Positions 28,218-36,668 of a DNA stretch of 64,000 nt are shown one piece after another. Origin of the DNA: a virus; the IMG/VR virus record IMGVR_UViG_3300028008_000005, positions 1-64,000 of that record, one strand, 5' to 3'. Numbering within the stretch: the first letter of the stretch is position 1; the number at the start of each line of letters is the position of its first letter. A program made the translations under genes and the position numbers. The notes below the pieces were generated by a model that worked only from the letters and a program-made list of their open reading frames with translations, was not told the origin of the DNA and ran no database searches.

Positions 28218-29455
28218 TGATTTCGTTTGGAACGTATATTACCGAACAAAAAAACACTCACATGACCCACCTTGAAGATCAGGTGATATATGGTGGAGTT
28301 AAAGGAGCGCGTGATGCTATCCTTGCTCTTCGTGCACTGAGAGATATGCTAGCTGGTAATGCTAGCAGTGGTGTAGATGTTACTGTTAAATGGGATGGTG
28401 CTCCAGCTGTGTTTGCTGGTATTGATCCCTCTGATGGTCAATTCTTTGTTGCCAAAAAGGGTATCTTTAATAAGAATCCTATGGTCTATAAAAGCCACGA
28501 GGATATCGACGCTGATACTTCTGGTGACCTAAATGCTAAGCTTAAGATTGCTTTTACTGAAATGAGCAAGCTAGGTATTACAGACGTTGTACAGGGAGAC
28601 ATTATGTTCTCTGGTAACGACGTTAAAAATGAAACAATCGACGGTAAGAAGTATATTACCTTCCACCCAAATACTATACTATATGCTATTAACGCTGATT
28701 CGGAAGAAGCGAAAGTAATTAAGAAAGCTAAGATTGGTATTGTATTCCATACTTCTTACTCCGGTGGATCCTTTGAAACAATGACAGCATCATATGGTGT
28801 TGATGTATCTAAGTTTAATAAAGTTTCTACAATCTGGGCACAAGACGCTGAGCTTCGTGACCTTTCTGGCAATGCTACTCTTACAAAGAAAGATACAGCA
28901 GAAGTTACAGCAGCATTATCTAATTCTGGTAAGATATTTCAAAAGATTGCTGGGTCTACACTCAAAGAGATAGAGACTAATCAGGAATTTGCTAGGATAA
29001 TTGAGACGTATAATAATAGCTTCCTACGAAGTAAAAAGCCTATAGGTAATACTGCTAAGCACGTAGAGGGGCTTATCCAGTATGTTAGGGATAAGTTTCA
29101 GAAAGAAGCTGATAAGCGTAGTTCAGACAAGGGTAAGAAAGCCCAATATGCCAAAAGAGACGATATTCTTAAGTTTTTTGATCCCAAGAATAAAAAGAAT
29201 CTAAAATTAATCTTCGATTTGCAACAATCTATCGCACAAGCTAAGCTAATCATTATAAATAAGCTTGATAAGTTAAATAATATAAATACATTTGTTAAAA
29301 CAAAAAATGGGTTTAAAGTAACCGGCCACGAAGGCTTTGTTGCTATAGACCGCATTGGCGGTGGAGCTGTTAAGCTAGTAGATCGTTTAGAATTCTCTAC
29401 TAACAACTTCGATCCAAATATTATAAAAGGCTGGGACTCACCGTCTCGAGGCTAA
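28217..29455 (+). CDS. Conserved T4-like protein with ligase/covalent nucleotidyltransferase-like motifs
   Basis: N-terminus MISFGTYITE; TVKWDGAP (motif I KxDG), QGDIMF, HEGFV (motif IV), VKLV (motif V). Confidence 0.6.
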   Translation: MISFGTYITEQKNTHMTHLEDQVIYGGVKGARDAILALRALRDMLAGNASSGVDVTVKWDGAPAVFAGIDPSDGQFFVAKKGIFNKNPMVYKSHEDIDADTSGDLNAKLKIAFTEMSKLGITDVVQGDIMFSGNDVKNETIDGKKYITFHPNTILYAINADSEEAKVIKKAKIGIVFHTSYSGGSFETMTASYGVDVSKFNKVSTIWAQDAELRDLSGNATLTKKDTAEVTAALSNSGKIFQKIAGSTLKEIETNQEFARIIETYNNSFLRSKKPIGNTAKHVEGLIQYVRDKFQKEADKRSSDKGKKAQYAKRDDILKFFDPKNKKNLKLIFDLQQSIAQAKLIIINKLDKLNNINTFVKTKNGFKVTGHEGFVAIDRIGGGAVKLVDRLEFSTNNFDPNIIKGWDSPSRG

Positions 29456-29847
29456 TGGGAAAATATATGTACTCCTTTAAAGACTACCTGACAGTAGACG
29501 AGGACGTTGATGTTGGCGAAGCGCTAACGAATATGCAACGCCAAAAAGCAAAGCAAACCTTCCGTAAGAATAAAGCTAAAATTGCCTTAGGAAAAAAGAA
29601 AGCAGCTAAAAAAGTAGCTTCTCCTGAGCAACTAAAGAAAAGAGCAGAAAAAGCAGCTCGCAATATACTCATTAAGAAAATAACAAAAGACAAAGATAAA
29701 TCTGATCTTTCTTTTGCTCAAAGAACTAATATAGAAAAACAGCTAGAAAAAAAGAAAGGGGCTATTAAAAAAATAGCTAAAAAACTTCTCCCGCAGCTAA
29801 GAAAAGATGACAGAGAAAAGAAAGCTGCAGCAAGAGGGAAGAGCTAA
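29455..29847 (+). CDS. Highly basic late protein
   Basis: (M)YSFKDYL N-terminus; Lys-rich body. Confidence 0.65.
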   Translation: MGKYMYSFKDYLTVDEDVDVGEALTNMQRQKAKQTFRKNKAKIALGKKKAAKKVASPEQLKKRAEKAARNILIKKITKDKDKSDLSFAQRTNIEKQLEKKKGAIKKIAKKLLPQLRKDDREKKAAARGKS

Positions 29848-31373
29848 TGTTTAAGTCTTTTTCAGACTACATTGTAGAAGAAACAAAAGAAGTAGTTTTT
29901 ACATTCGGTCGGTTTAATCCTCCAACAACAGGCCACGAAAAGTTACTAGCTAAAGTAGCTTCTATTGCGTCAGGCAATAACTACCGAGTCTATGCTTCCC
30001 AATCCTCCGATCCCAAAAAGAATCCCCTCGATTATACAACTAAAATTAAGACCATGCGCAAAATGTTTCCAAAGCATGGCCGAAATATTATTCTAGATAA
30101 GAATGTTAAGAATGCCCTAGAGGTATTAACCCAGCTATACGATCAAGGGTTTACTAAGGTAACAATGGTTGTTGGGTCTGATCGAGTAAACGAGTTCTCG
30201 GCATTAGCCAATAAGTATAATGGTGCAAAGCTTCGTCATGGATTTTATAACTTTGAAGGTGGGGTAAACGTTGTATCTGCAGGCGAAAGAGATCCTGATG
30301 CAGAAGGTGTCGAAGGTATGTCAGCCTCTAAGATGCGTCAAGCAGCAGTAGATAATGACTTTACTTCTTTCTCTAAAGGCTTACCTACCTCTTTTAAAGG
30401 CGGTAAAGATCTATTTAATACCATTCGTAAAGGAATGGGTATTAAAGAAGCAGCAGATTATCAAAGGCATATTCAACTAGAAACCGTTTCAGAAGAGCGC
30501 GAAGCATACGTTAAAGGCGATCTTTTTGCAGTTGGTGATTCAGTTATTATTACTGAATCAGATGAGGTTGGCGAAATAACAGTCCTTGGCGCTAACTACG
30601 TTATTGTAGAAATGGCAAATGGCAAAAAACTACGCAAATGGTTATCTTCTGTAGACCTTATTGAATCAGCCCAGACGGATATAGATGAAGACTGGTTTAC
30701 TACCTTAATCGGCAAATACACAAATGCTAAAGGTTATAAGATAGCATCAGAGATCCTCCAAAAAATTGTCGACCGCAAGAAAAAAGAAGGGCCACTTCGA
30801 CACGATATTAACTGGTACGCTGCTAAGGTAGCTGATCAGGTTAGCGGTGTAGATGCTCGTACTCTTGGTAAGATGGTTACTGAAAAGACTCGTAAGGTTA
30901 TCCAAGATCCTGATATCGAAGATCGGGAGGGGTCACAGACTAAGAGATTCTTTACAGGACTAAAAAAATCTACAAAGGTTGATCGTGACAGGGAATTCCA
31001 AAAAAGAAAAGATCTAGATGACGATGATCCAGCTGGATATAAACCAATTCCTGGAGATGCCAAATCCAAGACTAAACCTTCTCAGCATACCAAAAAGTTT
31101 AAAGATATGTTTGGAGAAGATAGCATTGAAGAAAAAAGCTCTGTAGAAACTACCCTACGTAAAAAAGCAGACCAGTCTGGTATGCCATATGGTATTCTTA
31201 AGCAAGTATACAATCGTGGCTTAGCAGCATGGAAGGTAGGACATAGACCAGGAGCAACCCCAGCACAATGGGGAATGGCTCGAGTAAACGCATTTGCAAC
31301 CAAAGGGGAAAAGACTTGGGGCAAGTATGATTCAGATCTAGCAGATAAAGTGAGGCAAGGAAAAAGCAAATGA
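29847..31373 (+). CDS. Cytidylyltransferase/NMNAT-like (HxGH) nucleotidyltransferase with C-terminal accessory domains
   Basis: FTFGRFNPPTTGHEKL, VVGSDR, VSAGERDPD, MSASKMR; N-terminus MFKSFSDYIVEE. Confidence 0.8.
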   Translation: MFKSFSDYIVEETKEVVFTFGRFNPPTTGHEKLLAKVASIASGNNYRVYASQSSDPKKNPLDYTTKIKTMRKMFPKHGRNIILDKNVKNALEVLTQLYDQGFTKVTMVVGSDRVNEFSALANKYNGAKLRHGFYNFEGGVNVVSAGERDPDAEGVEGMSASKMRQAAVDNDFTSFSKGLPTSFKGGKDLFNTIRKGMGIKEAADYQRHIQLETVSEEREAYVKGDLFAVGDSVIITESDEVGEITVLGANYVIVEMANGKKLRKWLSSVDLIESAQTDIDEDWFTTLIGKYTNAKGYKIASEILQKIVDRKKKEGPLRHDINWYAAKVADQVSGVDARTLGKMVTEKTRKVIQDPDIEDREGSQTKRFFTGLKKSTKVDRDREFQKRKDLDDDDPAGYKPIPGDAKSKTKPSQHTKKFKDMFGEDSIEEKSSVETTLRKKADQSGMPYGILKQVYNRGLAAWKVGHRPGATPAQWGMARVNAFATKGEKTWGKYDSDLADKVRQGKSK

Positions 31374-32680
31374 AGCACCTTAACGATTTAAGAGAAGCAG
31401 TTAAGCCTGAAGATCAAGGCGAATACGACAACGAAGGTGGTATGGCTAAGACACAGCTTCGTGGTATTCTTCGAGATGCTGGTCATATGGTTGAAATGTT
31501 CTCAGACGAACAGAATCTACCAGAATGGGTTCAGAATAAGATTACTAAGTCTGCAGATTATCTTCAATCGGCACATGCCTATATGATGAATAAGGATGAT
31601 GAATCTGTTGCTGAATCGTTTAAGCCTCACATGATGTATGATCCAGAAACTGGTAAAGCATATAAGGCTGAAAAAGAAGAAGATCATCTTCGAATGAAAA
31701 AGATGGGTTATACCCATGAAAAGCCCGAAGTTAAAGAAGCTGCTCCCAAAGTAAAGGCAAGAAGCTTTACTCCTGGCATGTACAAAGTAAAATTTAACGG
31801 TGACGTTACTACTGTTAAAGCTAAAGATTCAGATGATGCTCTTAAGAAGGCCATGAAAGATCTTGGTATTTCTTCTTTTAACAAGAGCAAGTACATGAAG
31901 ACCGCTTCTGCTATTGAGGAGTCTCTTGACGAAGCAAGTCTCAGAACAAAGATTGCTAAGAGCGGTGGTGTTGCTGATAAGATCCGTGACTATGGTCGCA
32001 AGAGTGGTGGAATAGATAAAGCAGCATTTCTTAAGATTGCTGCTATGATCGATGGTTCTGAATCAAATGCAAAGATTCAATCTGCTCTACAGAAGATGGA
32101 TACAGATCCAAGAGATTGGGTTATTAAAACTCTAGACGACAGCGGATTCATTAAAGGCGGTAAAGTTCGAGTAACAGAGTCAGCAGACCTAGACGAAGAT
32201 GTGGATTTCCATGTTCGTATGGATTACCTAAAAGATGCAGATGCAAAGAAAGTTGCTGCTGTCTTACAAAAAGCAGTAAAAGGTAAAACTATCCAGTTTA
32301 AAAACGAAACAGATAAAGGAGCAACGTTTTCTGCTAAATCAAGCTCTGACGTTACAAGAATTACTAAAGATATAGCTAAGATATCAAGAGCAGCTAATAT
32401 AGAGATCATGGAGAAATTAGAAGTTTCAGATGGTCTCGATGCATGGGTCAAAGAATTCCAGGCGTCAGATGCACCACAGTTTCAAGATCAAGACAAAGAA
32501 GAAATTCGCAATATGGCAATTGCAGCTTACCTAGCAGCTAAGCGTAGAGCAAAGGGTAGCACTGATACTAAGGAGTCTACTAAAGCTTACGGTAAGTCTA
32601 TGGATGATATTAAAAAGAAAAACATCTCAAAAAAAGATAAAGACAAGCTGAAGAAATTAGCGGACCTAATGAAAAAATAA
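31370..32680 (+). CDS. Multi-module late protein (putative internal head polyprotein)
   Basis: Short modules separated by LRE/VAE/IEE/LDE/VTE-type sites. Confidence 0.6.
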   Translation: MKHLNDLREAVKPEDQGEYDNEGGMAKTQLRGILRDAGHMVEMFSDEQNLPEWVQNKITKSADYLQSAHAYMMNKDDESVAESFKPHMMYDPETGKAYKAEKEEDHLRMKKMGYTHEKPEVKEAAPKVKARSFTPGMYKVKFNGDVTTVKAKDSDDALKKAMKDLGISSFNKSKYMKTASAIEESLDEASLRTKIAKSGGVADKIRDYGRKSGGIDKAAFLKIAAMIDGSESNAKIQSALQKMDTDPRDWVIKTLDDSGFIKGGKVRVTESADLDEDVDFHVRMDYLKDADAKKVAAVLQKAVKGKTIQFKNETDKGATFSAKSSSDVTRITKDIAKISRAANIEIMEKLEVSDGLDAWVKEFQASDAPQFQDQDKEEIRNMAIAAYLAAKRRAKGSTDTKESTKAYGKSMDDIKKKNISKKDKDKLKKLADLMKK

Positions 32681-33213
32681 TGATATCATTTAATCAGTAC
32701 CAAAAAGACCCTGTTGTTAATTTAGACTACCATCTAGACAACAATATACCTTTGCATGAAAACGTATTTCGTGTAGGATCCGAATCATACTATGACCTTT
32801 TTAATGAAGCTCGTCGACGAGCGGCAACAGGCACATATTTGCCTGAGGGTATCGATAAGGTATTGTTAGAGACAGATATTGGGCAGTATGACATGTATGA
32901 GGGTAATCATATACCCCTAGACTGCCCAATGATAGAAGAAGAAAAAGATGTAGAGCTTAACCAGCCTAAAAGAGGCGGTAGTAAAAAGTTCTATGTCTAT
33001 GTAAAGAATGATAAAGGCAATGTTATTAAGGTTTCTTTTGGTCAACCTGGTATGTCTGTTAATATAGATGATCCTGATGCTAGGAAATCTTTTGCAGCTA
33101 GACATCAGTGTGACCAGAAAAAAGATAAGACCAAGGCCGGTTATTGGTCTTGTAGATTACCATATTATGCTAAGCAACTCGGTTTATCAGGAGGTGGAAA
33201 TTTCTTTTGGTAA
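32680..33213 (+). CDS. Conserved hypothetical protein
   Basis: KKFYVYVKN...VSFGQPGM...RKSFAARHQC...AGYWSC basic domain. Confidence 0.7.
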   Translation: MISFNQYQKDPVVNLDYHLDNNIPLHENVFRVGSESYYDLFNEARRRAATGTYLPEGIDKVLLETDIGQYDMYEGNHIPLDCPMIEEEKDVELNQPKRGGSKKFYVYVKNDKGNVIKVSFGQPGMSVNIDDPDARKSFAARHQCDQKKDKTKAGYWSCRLPYYAKQLGLSGGGNFFW

Positions 33214-33458
33214 AACCATATAAGCAGAATGGTGACATTAGAACTTTTTCCTCTAAAATATCTGAATCTGAGCTAGTTTGGCACAGGGACAAAGAAGATA
33301 GATTAGTGGAGGTACTAGAAGGGTTCGGATGGAAATTCCAATATGATGACTGTTTACCATTTGAGTTAGTTTTAAATGATAAAGTACTCATTGAAAAAAT
33401 GAGATATCACAGAATACTGAAAGGTATTACTGACTTAAAAATTAAAATAGTAAGGTAG
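33207..33458 (+). CDS. Small cupin-fold protein
   Basis: WHRD.E.R.VEV..G.GW...YHR..KG cupin-like motifs. Confidence 0.6.
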   Translation: MVKPYKQNGDIRTFSSKISESELVWHRDKEDRLVEVLEGFGWKFQYDDCLPFELVLNDKVLIEKMRYHRILKGITDLKIKIVR

Positions 33459-33467
33459 GGTATTGGA

Positions 33468-33794
33468 ATGGCAGCAAGAAAACCCACAGCTGATTTACAG
33501 TTGAAAGAACATATTGCTAACGAAAGTAGTAGACTAGATCGTATAGAAAGCAAGATTGATAAGCTTGCCGAAACAATGATTTCTTTGGCAAGAGCAGAGG
33601 AAAAACTCATTAGCTTAGATTCAGATCGCTTTCAGATGAACGAAAGACTCAATAGGCATTCAGAAAAGCTTGATACAGTCGAAGTAAAAGTAGAAAAAAA
33701 TACTATTACCTTATCTGTTATAACTAAGATATTCTGGATAAGTCTTACAGCAATTGCCGGCGCTGCAGCTGTGCAATATTTAATGGTAGGTTAA
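33468..33794 (+). CDS. Coiled-coil protein with C-terminal transmembrane helix
   Basis: RLDRIESKIDKL coiled coil; IFWISLTAIAGAAAV. Confidence 0.65.
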   Translation: MAARKPTADLQLKEHIANESSRLDRIESKIDKLAETMISLARAEEKLISLDSDRFQMNERLNRHSEKLDTVEVKVEKNTITLSVITKIFWISLTAIAGAAAVQYLMVG

Positions 33795-33803
33795 GGAGAT
33801 AAA

Positions 33804-34424
33804 ATGAACAATTATAAAGATAATCCAATAGCTGCAGCATACGTAGCTATGAATGAAAAGAAAGTAGTAGAGCGCGCATCTTGGGTACCTGAAGAGATTA
33901 CTGATGAGGGTGCTGCTGAGTTTATGGGTGCTGCTGCAAACGCTGCTAAAAAAGGCGACAAGACCTTTAAGTTTGGCGATAAAGAATATAAGGTCACTAT
34001 GAAGAAAGACACCGTTGATGCTATTACTAAGAAAGAATCAGTAGAAGAAGTAGAAGAAGTAGCTGAGCCAGAAGCAAAGGGTGAAAAAGACTTTAAAGAT
34101 ATGCATACAAAGAACACCAAGAAGTCTGGCGAAAAAGACGACGGTACAGTTGTTAAAGAAGATGGAGAAGTTAGCGAAGTCTCCAGTAAAACCCTAGCAA
34201 ATTATATTAAAAAATCAAGTAAAGACGCTGACGTACAAGATAGAAGATCCCGCGGATCGCATAGCATGCCTGATGTCAATAAAGACGCTAAGCGGCGGGG
34301 CTCTTCGCGAAGAGCGGGTATGAATGTGGCAATTAAAAAGCTTGTCAATAAAGAAGCAGACAAGAATATTGAAAAAAAGAGAGTTAAAAGACCTTCTAGC
34401 TATCCTAAAGAAGAAACTAAGTAG
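33804..34424 (+). CDS. Hypothetical charged late protein
   Basis: AAGGAG RBS; E/K-rich modular sequence. Confidence 0.65.
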   Translation: MNNYKDNPIAAAYVAMNEKKVVERASWVPEEITDEGAAEFMGAAANAAKKGDKTFKFGDKEYKVTMKKDTVDAITKKESVEEVEEVAEPEAKGEKDFKDMHTKNTKKSGEKDDGTVVKEDGEVSEVSSKTLANYIKKSSKDADVQDRRSRGSHSMPDVNKDAKRRGSSRRAGMNVAIKKLVNKEADKNIEKKRVKRPSSYPKEETK

Positions 34425-34441
34425 GTAATAAGGAGTAACAA

Positions 34442-34660
34442 ATGAAAAAGACAGGTTATTTAAAAGATTCAATTGCAAAGGCAGATGGTTATTTCTCTGC
34501 TAAAGGCGAAAAGCTAAAGGGTGGAACACTTACTCAAGCTCAGCAAGATGCCTGGAACGGTGTTGTTAAGAAAAAAGAAGTAAAGGTCGAAGTCGAAGAA
34601 GTTGTTGAAACGGTCGCCGAAGAGCCTGAAGTTTCTTTTTTTAAGAAAAAGAAGAAGTAA
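34442..34660 (+). CDS. Hypothetical protein
   Basis: AAGGAG RBS. Confidence 0.65.
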   Translation: MKKTGYLKDSIAKADGYFSAKGEKLKGGTLTQAQQDAWNGVVKKKEVKVEVEEVVETVAEEPEVSFFKKKKK

Positions 34661-34709
34661 TATCTTTAATAAATAAAGTTAATAATACTTTATTTTATTA
34701 AGGATAACC

Positions 34710-35078
34710 ATGAAGCTTTTTGAAACTTTGAATGATGATAATTTTCTTCTGTATGCTGCACACAATTATACCAATAACCAATGTGTAGATGCAGAAGAAT
34801 TTTATGATGACCTAAATAGGTTTAAGTATATTAAAAGGCTTATAAGCCGATATGAGCAAACAGGTGATATTCAGGAAAGATTACTTATTAATCACATTGT
34901 AATTATCTTTAACCTGTTTGGTATTGAAGCAGCTAAAAGAATGATGTGGTATAAGATTAAAGAAGATCATTGGGATATTATTAAGCCAGTACTTCTTTAT
35001 CTAAATTATATAACAGAATCAGAAAAAATAGAAATAGGACTAGATCCTTTAATTGTTGAGAGACTGAGAAACGTATGA
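34710..35078 (+). CDS. Conserved T4-like hypothetical protein
   Basis: NFLLYAA..Y.N..C...EEFYDDL.RFKYIKRL...ERLLINHI. Confidence 0.75.
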   Translation: MKLFETLNDDNFLLYAAHNYTNNQCVDAEEFYDDLNRFKYIKRLISRYEQTGDIQERLLINHIVIIFNLFGIEAAKRMMWYKIKEDHWDIIKPVLLYLNYITESEKIEIGLDPLIVERLRNV

Positions 35079-35659
35079 GCATTATATCAAGAACAGGTGA
35101 TTTGTTTTATGCTTATAGATTCATTAAGCTTCTTGTTACCTCGTGGGAAAAGACCGACGCATTTAAGCTTGGTATTGTTGACGAAGACGGTAAAATACTT
35201 AAAAAATCGTCCCAGCTTAAAACCTCTGACGAAAAGTCTGCATATACTGTATTCCATCGTCTCGTGTTTAATATTAAACGTCTGCTTAATAAACTTCCAT
35301 TCGGAAAAAGCAAATTAGCATCTTGGGCAACTGCTCTTTTCTTAATTAAAGAAGAGACTGGTATGTCAGAAGAAGCTATGAAAAAAGTACTAAAGAAGAT
35401 GGATGTTGATTTTGACGATACACTGTTTGAATCAACTTGGTACATGGAAAACACTGTATTACACCCTGGCGTATACACTCTTCAATACGAAGCTATATCT
35501 CCTAAGACCGGAGAGATAATCGGCTCAAAGAATAGCAAGATTTTAGTTCACGAGAACTGCACCCCTGTTGGGGAAGTCATAGGCTCACCTATATACGAAG
35601 TAACACATGTAAAGACAAAGCAAAAGATATTCGTAAATCCCGGAGAAATAAAAAGATGA
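35075..35659 (+). CDS. Conserved T4-like hypothetical protein
   Basis: YRFIKLLVT.W...DAFKLGIVD..G...YTVFHRLVFNIKRLL. Confidence 0.75.
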   Translation: MSIISRTGDLFYAYRFIKLLVTSWEKTDAFKLGIVDEDGKILKKSSQLKTSDEKSAYTVFHRLVFNIKRLLNKLPFGKSKLASWATALFLIKEETGMSEEAMKKVLKKMDVDFDDTLFESTWYMENTVLHPGVYTLQYEAISPKTGEIIGSKNSKILVHENCTPVGEVIGSPIYEVTHVKTKQKIFVNPGEIKR

Positions 35660-35853
35660 TCCCCTTTAAGGATTACGTAGAAGAAGAGGTTGCTGCTAAC
35701 TCTGTTGCTGGAGGTGGTGTAGATCTTAGCCCGAACGGCATGCCTAAAAACGATAAAAGAAAAAAGAATAGCATTACGGCAATGTACCGTAGATCCTTAG
35801 GTCTTGGCCATATTAATGGCATTATAGAAAGGAGAAAAAAAGCTAGTGCTTAA
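35656..35853 (+). CDS. Small protein with capsid-targeting-like N-terminus
   Basis: MIPFKDYVEEE.AANSV. Confidence 0.55.
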   Translation: MIPFKDYVEEEVAANSVAGGGVDLSPNGMPKNDKRKKNSITAMYRRSLGLGHINGIIERRKKASA

Positions 35854-36262
35854 ACTTTACGCATTTCTTTTTATCTTTGGTATTATAGGTGGTGCTATCT
35901 TTGGGGCTAAGTACTATTATGATTCCACCCAAGCTACCATCCAAAGGTTATCAGCAGAAAAAGCAATACTGGATACTGCATTAGAGCAACAGACAGCTTC
36001 TATAAACGCAATGCAGGAACAGATGGAGAGACAGAACGAATTGAACACTGAGCTTCAGGCAAATCTTCAAGAAGCGAATTCAGGATTAAATGAGATGAGA
36101 AGCAAGTTTGCTCGTCATGATTTAACAAGATTAGCTATAGCAAAGCCTGGATTAATACAGACAAGAATAAACAATGGTACTGATGAGGTATTTAGAGAAA
36201 TTGAAGAAAATACAAACAATAAGCCTGTTAATACTATCGAGCCTGTTGCTGAGCAGCTGTAG
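35846..36262 (+). CDS. Inner-membrane spanin (Rz-like)
   Basis: N-terminal TM helix, periplasmic coiled coil, AKPGLI..RIN; overlaps a lipoprotein gene. Confidence 0.75.
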   Translation: MLKLYAFLFIFGIIGGAIFGAKYYYDSTQATIQRLSAEKAILDTALEQQTASINAMQEQMERQNELNTELQANLQEANSGLNEMRSKFARHDLTRLAIAKPGLIQTRINNGTDEVFREIEENTNNKPVNTIEPVAEQL

Positions 36263-36599
36263 TCTACTTGGATTTAACAAACCTGATCCAGAACCACGTA
36301 TAGTAACAGTTACAAAGATTGAATATCCAATCATTAATACCCCAGCTCGTCCTGAGCCAGTAGGACTAGACGACGTTAAGTTCTATGTTGTTACCCCAGA
36401 TACTTTAGACGAATTTCTAGAAGAATTCGAAAAAGACAATGGTCAAATTGTCTTTGTTGCTACAAGTGTACCAAGCTACGAAAATCTATCTATAAACCTA
36501 CAAGAGTTACGTAGGTATATATTACAGCAAAAGGAAATTATTCTATATTATGAAAAAGCTGTAGACTTTGAAAAAAAAGATGAATTACCTGCAGAATAG
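36174..36599 (+). CDS. Outer-membrane lipoprotein spanin (Rz1-like)
   Basis: Lipobox LLSSC followed by Pro-rich segment; overlaps the i-spanin 3' end; true start may be 36183 or 36201. Confidence 0.75.
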   Translation: MVLMRYLEKLKKIQTISLLILSSLLLSSCSLLGFNKPDPEPRIVTVTKIEYPIINTPARPEPVGLDDVKFYVVTPDTLDEFLEEFEKDNGQIVFVATSVPSYENLSINLQELRRYILQQKEIILYYEKAVDFEKKDELPAE

Positions 36600-36668
36600 G
36601 GGTTTACGAAACCCCCGATTATAATATATAATAGTACTCTATTAAAAAAACATGAGCGGGATATACGA

